In this document: in pieces, positions 37,983 to 49,145 of the stretch
Layout of the letters: each line of letters starts with the position of its first letter
Numbering within the stretch: position 1 is the stretch's first letter
Origin: Octopus sinensis
Lineage: Eukaryota
Direction: 5' to 3'
NCBI RefSeq assembly: GCF_006345805.1
Contig: NW_021834275.1
Location: 1 to 53,639, forward strand
Length of the DNA stretch: 53,639 nucleotides
Notes under the pieces: generated by a model
Database searches by the model: none
Seen by the model: the letters and a program-made list of their open reading frames with translations, nothing else
Told to the model about the DNA's origin: nothing
Program-made: the position numbers and the translations under genes

Positions 37983-38619
37983 ACTCTCCCATGGTGAGAT
38001 TTTCTTAGATTTAAAAGAAAAACGAAATATACTTTAAGCCAGAAACTAACACCAAAACAATTGCTATTATAATAAATATTTGATATGATAAAAATGACGC
38101 TTTTTCTCTGCGGGGTCTTATACAGGCAAAAGCTAATGCCTAGAATTTAATGTAAGGTAGTTTCTGAGTTTCCATGAGATCTGTTTTACATTTGTAAAAG
38201 AGGCAGTCCCGATATTATTACATAATACTCTTCCAATAAGATTAACCAATAATTACTTGTTAGATGGTACCAGACAAGTCTGAAATCTGTATTGCCATAT
38301 ATGTAATTTTGTCCTTTATTACTTTGCACGTACACAGATATGAAATGTTCATAGATATGAAATAAATACAATTGCAAACGTACGTTATTTCTCTGAAAAA
38401 GGAAAGGAACTTAACTAAATATGATTTATCATTCTTTCAGATATTGCTATTTTATTATTGCGCATTTCAAATTTGTCATTACACATATAATAAACACAGC
38501 ATGTTTATTGTATACACTGCAGTGGGTGAGCTGTGGGCAGTTAGTAACGTATCTTCCTATTTCAAAGAATGTACTCTTTCACTTTTGTCAATTTCATCCC
38601 CCATCCCATACACACACTC

Positions 38620-38788
38620 AGCCGCAGTAATGACTATGTGGTAAGAAACTTTCTTCCCAATCACATGGTTCGGAGTTCAGTCCCACTGCGTGACACCTTG
38701 AGTAAATGTCTTTTACTATAGCCTCGGGCCGATTAGATTAAGGCCTTGTGAATGGATTTGGTAGATAGAAGCTAAAAGAAGCCCGTCG

Positions 38789-38792
<4 letters not shown>
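38620..38792 (+). mobile_element. SINE family B 5' half
   Basis: Ends at gcccgtcgtata, where (TAA)n replaces the usual (TA)n(TG)n. Confidence 0.8.
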
Positions 38793-38845
<53 letters not shown>

Positions 38846-39205
38846 TCAATACCGGCAGATGACAACGTGTCTTAAAAGAAATGGAGAAACTCTCAAAATA
38901 CAAAGACCTGGAAATAGAGGTAACTAGAATGTGGAATCTGAAAATAGAAACAATTCCTATCATAGTAGGTGCATTAGGCATGATAAAAAAAATATTCAGA
39001 CAAATACATAACAAAAACACCAGGACTTACAAACACATATAACATACAGAAAATTGCCCTACTAGGCACTGCACACATCCTACGCAGAACACTTTCCATA
39101 CAATAACCATCAGAGCATCACAACAAATCACAGCACATACCCAAGGCACCCAGAGCTGCGCTCGGTAGTGAAGTGAAAGCACGCTATAAAAATAAAACTA
39201 CTGAA
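38846..39205 (+). mobile_element. 5'-truncated R4/Dong-type LINE end with REL-domain remnant
   Basis: SIPADDNVS-KEMEKLSKYKDLEIEVTRMWNLKIETIPIIVGALGMIKK-YSDKYITKTPGLTNTYNIQKIALLGTAHILRRTLSIQ* (two 1-nt frameshifts, stop at 39104-39106); (TAA)n on both sides. Confidence 0.92.
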
Positions 39206-39249
39206 TAATTAATATAATAATAACAATAATAATAATAATAATTATAATA

Positions 39250-39435
39250 ACATCGAAAAATACCTTAAGAATGAGAACCCAGGTTCCAAATTTCCCCAAG
39301 ACACCTGATGAAGGCTGGAGGGTATATCAGCCAAAACGTTGTGTTAACAAATGAGATGAGGACAAATATCCGTCAAATGTAAATAATGTAAATAATGTGC
39401 ATAATTCCTCACCTCATAAATATAGAATTGTATAA
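39250..39435 (+). mobile_element. Family H2 repeat copy; hammerhead at 39301-39344 with G12-to-A change
   Basis: ACAC CTGATGA A GGCTG gagggtatat CAGCC AAAAC GTT GTGT. Confidence 0.65.
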
Positions 39436-39632
39436 AATATATAATATACATATATATGTATATATATATATATATATAGATATATATATATATATATATA
39501 TTATATATAATTATATAATATATAATATATATATATATATAATATATATATACATATATATATATATATACATATATGTATATATATGTATATACATATA
39601 TACACACACACACATAAACATATATATATATA

Positions 39633-40479
39633 CTAGCTACAGAATTGCCCGGCGTTGCTCGGGGCTGATTGCTTGAAAGTACTGTTAATGATTGCACTGA
39701 ATTATGATGATTATTCAGGCAAATATTGATATAAGCTTACGGTGGGAGATAAGGACTTAACGATCAAACGTGTGCCATTGCATTGTTTTGGGGGAACCAA
39801 TTTCTGATGAGCATTATAGGGGCACCAACTTTAAGTTTGAGAAAGTGTGGTGGTAGTCCGGGGTGCTTAAAGGAATTGAGTACCTCTATTGGATAGTTGA
39901 TGACGTCCTCTGGGTCAGGAGTTGTATCGATAGACTGATTACTAGACTTCCCCAGGAATGAGTTTTAGCATTTCATCATTAATATGGTGAACAGTTTTAT
40001 TCCTCGGGGCCAGTATAGCCTTTTGCCAATCCAATCCATATTCTGATAATTAGCTTGTAGATCTGGGAACACTGCATCTCTGAGATCAGAAGGCGTCTTA
40101 AAACAATGGTACAAATGGAATCGATGGCAATATTACCATTTTCATCCCCTGGTATTTTGCCTTCGCCAAGTGCAAGGAGGGTGTGAGGAAATGCTGCTGA
40201 TGTGATATTACGTCGCATATGAGCACGCATATTGGTGTGAAGTTTGAGAGTTACTTCCGTTTATTAAAAAAAATATGCATTAAAATGGAAAAAAATGATG
40301 GTAAATTATTTGTAAAATCATAGACCTCATCGTAGACGCGCGCGCTAATACGCAGAAGGGCTCGATATGAATCACGACTATAAGATACCGGTTTTGGTTA
40401 AACTGCATCGCAAAATGTGGGGGTAGTTAGGAATCTAAATCGGAGTAGACAGACACAAAACCTTTCTTTTATATATAAA
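39633..40479 (-). mobile_element. Non-autonomous Helitron (847 bp) carrying a Pif1-helicase fragment
   Basis: 3' hairpin CCCGAGCAACGCCGGG + CTAG|T; 5' end A|TTTATATATAAAAG..tgtctgtc (TC changed to TT); no TSD. Confidence 0.88.
39740..40230 (-). pseudogene. Helitron Pif1-like helicase fragment, frameshifted
   Basis: Stitched reading: AFPHTLLALGEGKIP...DLRDAVFPDLQANYQNMDWIGKRAILAPRNKTVHHINDEMLKLIPG...SIDT...NYPIEVLNSFKHPGLPPHFLKLKVGAPIMLIRN...CNGTRLIVKSL. Confidence 0.93.
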
Positions 40480-40480
40480 T

Positions 40481-40990
40481 ATTTTCGTCCTAAAAAACTT
40501 TGTATGGATTGAATGGTTACCTCTATGGAAATATATACACGCACATTATACATACATGTGTGTATAGATGAATATATAAATACATTTAAATATCTATATA
40601 CACTTTTGGGCGATCTTTCTGTTTCTTAGAGATAACTTTAGATCTTATTTTCGTGCTAAAAAACTTTGTATGGAGTGAATGGTTACCTCTATGGAAATAT
40701 ATACACTCACGTTATACATACATGTGTGCATAGATGAATATATAAATACATTTATATATCTATATACACTTTTGGGCGATCTCGTGCTACTTAGAGATAA
40801 CTTTAGATCTTATTTTCGTCCTAAAAAACTTTGTGCGGAGTGAATGGTTACGCGTATGGAAATATATACACACATTATACATACATCTGTGTATAGATGA
40901 TATATAAATACATTTAAATATCTATATACACTTTTGGGCGATGTTTCTGCTACTTGGATATAGGTCTTATATTCGTCCTAAAAAACTTTC
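40481..40990. repeat. Tandem repeat, about 165-bp unit, 3.1 copies
   Basis: attttcgtcctaaaaaacttt restarts at about 40481, 40647, 40812 and 40969. Confidence 0.93.
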
Positions 40991-41442
40991 CTGTCACACA
41001 CTCACGCACACGCACGCACACACACACACACACACACGCACCCCTCACACACACACACACGCACACACACACTCACACACACACGTTAGCTTACAATTCT
41101 ATTTTATATTTGCGTGTCTATGTGTGTAAAGAGGAAGTGGCAGACTGAAAGAGTCACTCACTACAAAGGTGAATTACTTTCATTTTATTCGTTGCACACT
41201 GTGTGTGTGCGTGTGTTGTGGTGTAAACCACATTAAAGAAGCATTTGACATACACACCAGAATGTGAGTTTTCTGTAAATTTTGCTTAATGGAGTTTAAA
41301 TTTTAAAAAGTGGACCTGGCAAAACCCGATGCATTCTACTCTTAAAAATGGTAAGTAATTGTAATGAAGAAATCCTATATTGTAGTTTTCTATAACTGAC
41401 AAAGGGAGGCAGATAAAATCTGCCTTTTATAATAAGAGATAA

Positions 41443-41479
<37 letters not shown>

Positions 41480-41499
41480 ATATATATTATACACATACA

Positions 41500-41870
41500 T
41501 AGGCGCAGGAGTGGCTGTGTGGTAAGTAGCTTGCTAACCAACCACACGGTTGCGGGTTCAGTCCCACTGCGTGGCATCTTGGGCAAGTGTTTTCTGCTAT
41601 AGCCCCGGGCCGACCAATGCCTTGTGAGTGGATTTGGTAGACGGAAACTGAAAGAAGCCTGTCGTATATATGTATCTATATGTATATGTGTGTGTGTTTG
41701 TGTGTCTGTGTTTGTCCCCCTAGCATTGCTTGACAACCGATGCTGGTGTGTTTAGGTCCCCGTCACTTAGCGGTTCGGCAAAAAGAGACCGATAGAATAA
41801 GTACTAAAAGGTGGTGCTCCAGCATGGCCGCAGTCAAATGACTGAAACAAGTAAAAGAGTAAAAGAGTAT
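41500..41870 (+). mobile_element. SINE family B, near consensus
   Basis: aggagtggctgtgtggtaagtagc...gggttcagtccc...cttgggcaagtg...(TG)n...aaaagagtaaaagagt. Confidence 0.92.
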
Positions 41871-41871
41871 A

Positions 41872-41906
<35 letters not shown>

Positions 41907-42059
41907 ATGTGCGTATATTTTTGCATCGATTTCTTCGACCAAAACCCTTTAACGCAGTGCTCCAGCATGGCCGCAGTCACGTGACTGAAACAAGTAAAGA
42001 ATAAAAGAATAAAAGAAGGTGCATCTTTTCTCTTCTTACAATCAATAGACCGCAGCTAT

Positions 42060-42400
42060 GCAAAGACACCGCTTTTGGGAATTAGAGAACGAATCAACCC
42101 CTATTTGTTTCTAAGCCATGTACTTCTTCCATCAGCACTCTTGCCTAACTACTAAATTACAGAGACGTAAATACACCAACGTCGGTTGTCAAGCCCTGGA
42201 CACACACGCACACATACGCATAATGTATATTTACGGCGGGCTTCTTTCAGCTTCCGCCTACCAAATCCACCCACAAGTCTTCGGTCGGCCCGAGGTTATA
42301 AGTGGAAAATACTCACCCAAGGAGCCACGCAGTGGGGCCGAACCCGGAACCATGTGGTTGAGAAGCAAACGTCTTATCACATAGCCACCGCTACACATGT
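42060..42400 (-). mobile_element. SINE family B, diverged
   Basis: ggcgggcttctttcagcttccgcctaccaaatccac...gaaccatgtggttg. Confidence 0.75.
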
Positions 42401-42587
42401 ATACGTGTGTGCACACGTTCGCGTTTATGTGTGTGTGTGCGTATGTGTGTGTTTGTATATTTATATACATGTATGTGTATGTATACAGCCACATTTTTAT
42501 CTAGCTATACATGCACGTATATATTCTACGTACTTGGATTTGGAGCCACTCAGACACTAAACATATTTATCATAATAACATTTACAT

Positions 42588-42970
42588 CCGGGTTCAGTCC
42601 CACTGCGTGGCACCTTGGGCTATTCTCTTCTACTATGGCCGTAGGCCTACCGAAGCCTTGTAAGTGGATTTGGTAGACGGAAACTGAAAGAAGTCCGTCG
42701 TATATATGTATAAGTATATATATATAAATATATATATGTACGTGTGTGCATATGTATGTGTGTCTGTGTTTGTACCCCCAACATCGCTTGACAACCGATG
42801 CTGGTGTGTTTACGTCCCCGTAACTTAGCGTTTCGGCAAAATAGACCGGCAGAATAAGTACTAGGCTTACAAAGAATATGTTCTGGGTGTCGATTTGCTC
42901 GAATAAAGGCGGTGCTCCAGCATGGCCACATTCAAATGACTGAAACAAGTAAAATGAGTAAAAGAGTAAA
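42588..42970 (+). mobile_element. SINE family B
   Basis: Slightly 5'-truncated, full tail. Confidence 0.9.
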
Positions 42971-43154
42971 GAGATTATAGCTGAAAGGGGTCCCTGGTAA
43001 ATTAATTAAATTCTTTACATCTCGCTAGACTGGTTCTTATGCTATTGAGATTAAGTCGCCCAATCGCTGAAACGATATCATTAACCATTACAGAAAACTT
43101 ACTACCGACCTCAATATTGCTCATTTTTTTCAATACAGACCTCCTAGTTGATTA

Positions 43155-43815
43155 CGAGGGGACACCCAAAAGAAACCGGAATTTTGCAATATTATTTTAT
43201 TCACGGTACTAGGCTTAACAAAGAATTAGTACTGGGGTCGATCTGTTCGACTAAAGGCGGTGCTCCGGCATGGCCGCAGTCAAATGACTGAAACAAGTAA
43301 AAGAATAAAAGAATAAAATAATTCATTACATGTTTATACCTTTATCGCTTTCAAAGTATTCTCCATTTGAAGCATGTTCGAAGCAGTGTTAGAACTCTTG
43401 CGAAGTGATGTCTTAACCTCTTCCACATCTTCAAATTCCGTAGCACCAGCTTCTGTCACCAGTGATGACCATCGAAAAACGGACCGGATCAATTTCCCAC
43501 TGGTCCTTCAGTTCACGACAAGCATTCATTAATGACTGCGTTTGATCTTGCATGATCAAGCGAGGCACAAATTTTGCTGCAACTCTTTTCATTCGCAATT
43601 CCTCGTTCAAAATTCATTTGCAGGAGCTCCAGGACACAGCAGTCAGGTCAACTGGAGCTGGAGTGGCTGTGTGGTAAGTAGCTTGTTTACCAACCACATG
43701 GTTCCGGGGTCAGTTACACTGCGTGGCACCTTGGCCAAGTGTCTTCTACTATAGCCACGTGAGTGGATTTGGTAGACGGAAACTGGAAGAAGCCCGTCGT
43801 ATATATGTATGTATG

Positions 43816-43850
<35 letters not shown>

Positions 43851-44527
43851 TTTATGTGTTTGTATGTCTGTGTTTGTCCCCCCAACATCGCTTGACAACC
43901 GATGCTGATGTGTTTACGTCCCCGTAACTTAGCGGTTCGGTAAAAGAGAACCGATAGAATAAGTACTAGGCTTACGAAAAATAAGTCATGGGGGCGATTC
44001 GCTCGGCTAAAGGCGGTGCTCCAGCATGGCCGCATTCAAATGACTGAAACAAGTAAAAGAGTAAAAGAGTAATTGCTGGGTGACGGTCCTTCAAGATCTG
44101 TTCATGAATTTTCATGATGTTCAGGTGGTCGAGGGTCGCCCTGAACGAGGTTGATCTTCAAGCGACAAGTTACCATTTGTCAAGTGTGAAAATTACTCGT
44201 AAACTTGCGTTTTGCTCATGGCAGCGTCCTTGTAAGCTTTTGAAACATGACAACTGCTTCGGTTGCTCTTTTTTCCTCCAGCAGAAAACAGAATTACACG
44301 GAAGCACGCTGTTCCTTCGTTTCAGCCATCGCAAAAATCATCGACGAACATGGGAGAAGCACTGCAAAGCAAAGAAGCACCACGTAGTAGTAAGATGATA
44401 CCCGACGCCGCCGGTCAGAATACTGATGCCTGAGGATCACATCAAGTGACTTGTAGCGGTGATAAGCCTGAACTACGACGGGCTTGTTCTACAGAGAACG
44501 TTTCCGTTTACTTTCGTTACTCTTTCG
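43155..44527 (-). mobile_element. Decayed mariner transposon with internal deletion and two nested SINE B insertions
   Basis: From 44329: MAETKEQRASV*FCFLL...AYKDAAMSKTQVYE*FS...SLEDQPRSGRPST; after the nested SINE: ILNEELRMKRVAAKFVPRL...CRELKDQ...VITGDRSWCYG; termini TA-CGAGGG.. and an imperfect ..TTCG-TA. Confidence 0.9.
43657..44070 (+). mobile_element. SINE family B nested in mariner (second, tail-only insertion at about 43205-43320)
   Basis: Full SINE splits the transposase remnant. Confidence 0.9.
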
Positions 44528-44899
44528 TATGTGTTGCCTGTTTAAATTCATAATCGATCTCAATAGCAGAATAACCTAGGATCTCTTAACCAAGACAACC
44601 GAGATAAATAAAATATCCACGATGAAGAAATAGCATAAAATACATTGTCATCAAAGTCCAATGGGATCTCCCGAGTTTTTATTTTCCTAAACAGAGATTT
44701 AAATAAGATATAAATAGTATAAACAAAATGAAAAAAAAGAAGAGGTAAAAAATAAAATAGAATTTCATTGAAAAAAGGAAAAATAAAGGAAAAAACAATC
44801 ACGCAAAACGTTTCTAATCTTGATTAAAATCCGAAAATCAGATTATCTTAATTTTTACGAAGCATCTCCATCTCTTAATCTGTCAATGTTTTTTTCGTG

Positions 44900-45237
44900 A
44901 CTGGAGTAACATTACTGCGGAAGAGGAAAGAAGAAGAAGAAGAAGAAGAAGAAGAAGAAGAAGAAGAAGAAGAAGAAGAAGAAGAAGAAGGAGGAGGAGG
45001 AGGAGAAAAGAGGACAAAGAAGATGATGATTATGATGAGGAGGAGGAGGAGGAGGACGCCGACGACGATGAAGACGATTACAGTGATGAAGATAAAGAAA
45101 GAAAGAAATAAAGAAAGAAAGAGAGAAGGAAAGAGAGAAAGAAATATAAGCCTGAAAAACGAAACTTTACCAAAATAACAGCTTTAGCAGGAACGAAATG
45201 ATTGATTGAAAAACATACCTTAGACGAAAATATCCAT

Positions 45238-45298
<61 letters not shown>

Positions 45299-45359
45299 GC
45301 TTGCTGCTGCTACTGCTGCTGCTGCTTCTGCTACTACAACTAAGTACCAACACCACCAG

Positions 45360-45420
<61 letters not shown>

Positions 45421-45540
45421 GCTGCTGCTGCTACTGCTGCTGCTTCTGCTACTACAACTAAACACCACAAACACCACCAATACTACTATTAACCACCACC
45501 ACCACCACCACCACTACTACTACTGCTACTACTACTAGAG
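44900..45540. repeat. Compound (GAA)n/(GGA)n/(TAC)n/(TGC)n/(ACC)n block
   Basis: Directly visible. Confidence 0.95.
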
Positions 45541-45673
45541 AAATCTGGGTTTCGGTATTAGTTGTAACAAAAGCAAACCCAGCATCGGTAAATTCAACAG
45601 CAACAGTTGAAGACATACGAAACCTTAACGACATTTGCAATATCAGCTTTTTGCTGTGAACGATTATTCTTAA

Positions 45674-45821
45674 GAGTGGCTGTGTAGTAAGTAGCTTGCT
45701 TACCAACCACATGGTTCCAGGTTCAGTCCCACAGCGTGGCACCTTGGGCAAGTGTCTTCTACTATAGCCTCGGGCCGACGAAAGCCTTGTGAGTGGATTT
45801 GGTAGACGGAAACTGAAAGAA

Positions 45822-45906
<85 letters not shown>

Positions 45907-46085
45907 TGTGTGTGTGTGTGTTTGAAAACCGATGCTAGTGTGTTTACGCCCCCGTAACTTAGCGGTTCGGTAAAAGAAGACCGATAGAATAAATACTAGG
46001 CTAACAAAGAATAAGTCCTGCGGTCAATTTGTTCGACTAAAGGCGGTGCTCCAGCTTGGCCGCAGTCAAATGACTGAAACAAGTA
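45674..46085 (+). mobile_element. SINE family B with internal (TA)n(TAGA)n(TG)n
   Basis: Full head and tail. Confidence 0.9.
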
Positions 46086-46318
46086 AAAGAATAAAAGAAT
46101 AAAAGAATTCATTATAGGGTACATCTAAAGGGTATTCTTTCTGTGGATTTGTAGAGTCACGAAATCTTGATTGTCCATGCTAGCACGCTCGCCCATCTAT
46201 CAACAAAAGTTACGACGGCTGCGTTGGTCACTGTGTGTTCGGTGTTGACTACTGTCTAAACTGGGTCGCGAAAAGTGACTGCTACTTGAAGGATTATGAT
46301 AATAATAATAAAAAGAAG

Positions 46319-46744
46319 GGATCTTTTCGGTTTGAACGGCAGTTTTTTCTAGCGGTGTCATATGAAATTTTCACCCATAATTATGACCCTAGTATCGATC
46401 TATTGCATTTCAATCTGTTTTAGGGTTAGAGTTAGTTAGGGTTAGGGTTATGGTTAGGGTATCTTTTTTTCTTCACAAATGTAAATAAACCCAATCTGTT
46501 TCTTAAACGAGGGACATATTCATACGGCACAGAATGCTTTTTAACTCAATGGACGTCATCAATTGGTTGAAATTGCAGAAATTGAAGAAAAAAAGCAGCA
46601 AATATCTTACAAACTATAGAATTTTCTCAATAAAGCCAAAAGGAAAAGATGTTTTATAAACACATTCTACCAGTATACGAAGTTTAAAATGTTTGAGTTA
46701 CCTAGAAATTATATTAAAAACTGCCGTTCAAACCGAAAAGAGCC
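46319..46744. mobile_element. Merlin-type MITE, 426 bp, with short internal TTAGGG array
   Basis: TIR GG(A/C)TCTTTTCGGTTTGAACGGCAGTTTTT; perfect 8-bp TSD AAAAGAAG (46311-46318 and 46745-46752). Confidence 0.85.
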
Positions 46745-46751
46745 AAAAGAA

Positions 46752-47097
46752 GAGTAGCCAGAGAGCGCAAACCTCCGCGAAGGCAACAGCAACGTCTTCT
46801 CAACGATTAGCCAGAGAAGATTTTTAAAATGAGAATATTTGAAATAAACTCGACTGCACTCACTAATGAGAATACTAAAAACGAACCCGACCGCTCTCAA
46901 AAACTAAGTAAAAAATCGGAAAAATATTCCAGAATCCTTGTCCGGTACCACCGGATCGATCCCCAAATCTAACCAGTTCGTGCCAGTCACGAGGCCAAAC
47001 ATCCCTGAAAGTTTCATCCGAATGCATCCAGCGGTCCACGGACAAACAAACATGCACGACTGAAAACAATATCTCCGTCTTCGCTAAGGCGGAATAA
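46752..47097. mobile_element. Non-autonomous element of Crypton-V or Helentron (HINE) architecture inserted in (TAA)n
   Basis: 5' agagagcgcaaaCCTCCGCgaagg; 3' aaagtttcatccgaat..acaaacaaac..aaaacaatatctcc..aaggCGGA-taa; no TSD. The superfamily cannot be decided by eye. Confidence 0.55.
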
Positions 47098-47101
47098 TAA
47101 T

Positions 47102-47203
<102 letters not shown>

Positions 47204-47796
47204 ATGGAATGCCATTAATTATAGGTCTTCTCTACATAAATCATCGATGTAACAATAATACCAACAGCAAAGCAACTTCGCTCGTAGAACGAAGAACAAT
47301 ATGAAAAAGCTAAAAAAATCTAATGCTTTCACAATATCAATTTTCAAAACAGAAATAAAATTGAGAGATTCCAAAACACCGTTGGTAAGAATAAACAGTG
47401 GTAAAATGTTATAATCTGATTGGAAGACAAACATAACGCTGGGAAACGAAATTATGTCTAATAGCATACGGTCTGTTATTAATGAAGATTACTATTTTTT
47501 TTTTTTAAACTGGCTGGCTGGCTTAGAATAGATAAATCGTGACTGAGGATGGATTGTAGGGAGTAAGCTTAGCGGTTTGGAGTAAACAATTATCCAGCGA
47601 TGGTTGGAAACAGAGCAAGGTTTCGGGGTGGGTGGGGTAGGGGTGAAACAGGGCGTATTTTATGTTTATCGATGAATATCGAGACATACAAGACTGGCAA
47701 GTGGTTTTAAAATGCTAAAAGGAAAGACAGAATGAAATAACCTAAAGATGTAGCTAGAAAATGTATGTACATATGTGTAGATGCATGGACGCACAT

Positions 47797-48100
47797 TGCT
47801 TAGTGGTTAGGGCTGCGGAGTCGCGGTCGAGGGATCGCAGGTTCGAATCTCAGACCGGGCGATGTGTGTGTATTCATGAGCAAAAGACCTAAGCTCCATG
47901 CTGCTCCGGCAGAAGGTAATGGCGAACTTCTGATGATTCTTTCGCCACAACATTCTCTCACTCTTTCCTCCTGCATCTTGCAGCTCACCAGCGACGGACC
48001 GGCGTCCCGTCCAGGTGGGAAACCTATACGCCAAGGAAACCGGGAAACTGGCCCTATGTTCCAGGCGTGGCTCGCGAAGGAACAAACAACAACAACATGT
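47797..48100 (+). mobile_element. SINE family C (tRNA-Arg-like head, Meta/V-like motif, (AAC)n tail), full length
   Basis: gcgacggaccggcgtcccgtccagg...ggaaaccgggaaactggccctatg...aacaaacaacaacaac. Confidence 0.8.
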
Positions 48101-48104
48101 GTAG

Positions 48105-48897
48105 ACGCAGGAGAGGCTGTGTGGTAAGAAACTTGCTTCCCAAGGCGGCGAGCTGGCAGAAATGTTAGCACGCCGGGCGAAATGCTTAGCGGCATTTCGT
48201 CTGCCATTACGTTCGGAGTTTAAAGTCCGCCGAGGTCGACTTTGCCTTTCATCCTTTCGGGGTCGATAAATTAAGTACCAGTTACGCACTGGGGTCGATA
48301 TAATCGACTTAATCCGTTTGTCTCCCCTTGTTTGTCTGTGTTTAGCTCCTTATGGGTAGTAAAGAAATAGGTATTTCATCTGGCGCTACGTTCTGAGTTC
48401 GAATTCCGCCGAGCTCAACTTTGCTTTTCATCCTTTCGGGGTCGATAAATTAAGTATCAGTTACGCACTGGGGTCGTTGTAATCCCCTTTATGTTTAACC
48501 CCTTGTGGGCAATAAAGAAATAAGAAATAAGAAACTTACTTCCCAAGGCGGTGAGCTGGCAGAAACGTTAGCACGCCGGGCGAAATGCTTAGCGGTATTT
48601 CGTGTCTTCACGTTCTGAGTTCGAATTCCGCCGAGGTCATCTTTGCTTTTCATCATTTCGGGGTCGAGAAATTGAGATCAAGTTGCGTACCGGGGACGAT
48701 CTAATCGACTACTCCCTTGCCCCCAAACTTCGGGCCTTGTGCCTAGAGTAGAAAAGAAGCTTGCTTCTCAACGACATTGTTCCGGGTTCAGTCCCACTTA
48801 GGCAAGTGACGTCTGTCATAGCCTCGGGCCGACGAAACCCTTGTGAGTGGATTTGGTAGACGGAAACTGAAAGAAGTGCGACGTATATATATATATA

Positions 48898-48936
<39 letters not shown>

Positions 48937-49145
48937 TTGTGTGCCTCTGTTTGTTTCCCCCCATCATCGCTTGACAACTGATGTTGGTGTGTTTACGTCT
49001 CCGTAACTTAGCGGTTCGGCAAAAAGAGATCGATAGAATAGGTACTCCGCTTACAAAGAATAATCCCTTAGGTCGAATTGTACGACTAAAGTCTGTGCTA
49101 CAGCATGACCGCAGTCAAATGGCTGAAACAAGTGAAAGAGTAAAA
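48105..49145 (+). mobile_element. SINE family B with three SINE A monomers (48143-48755) nested in its head
   Basis: aagaaactt(g/a)cttcccaa recurs before, between and (degenerately) after the A monomers. Confidence 0.85.

Noticed and set aside
40481-40990. Regular repeat array considered as CRISPR-like
   Set aside because: Units are contiguous with no unique spacers, and the context is eukaryotic.
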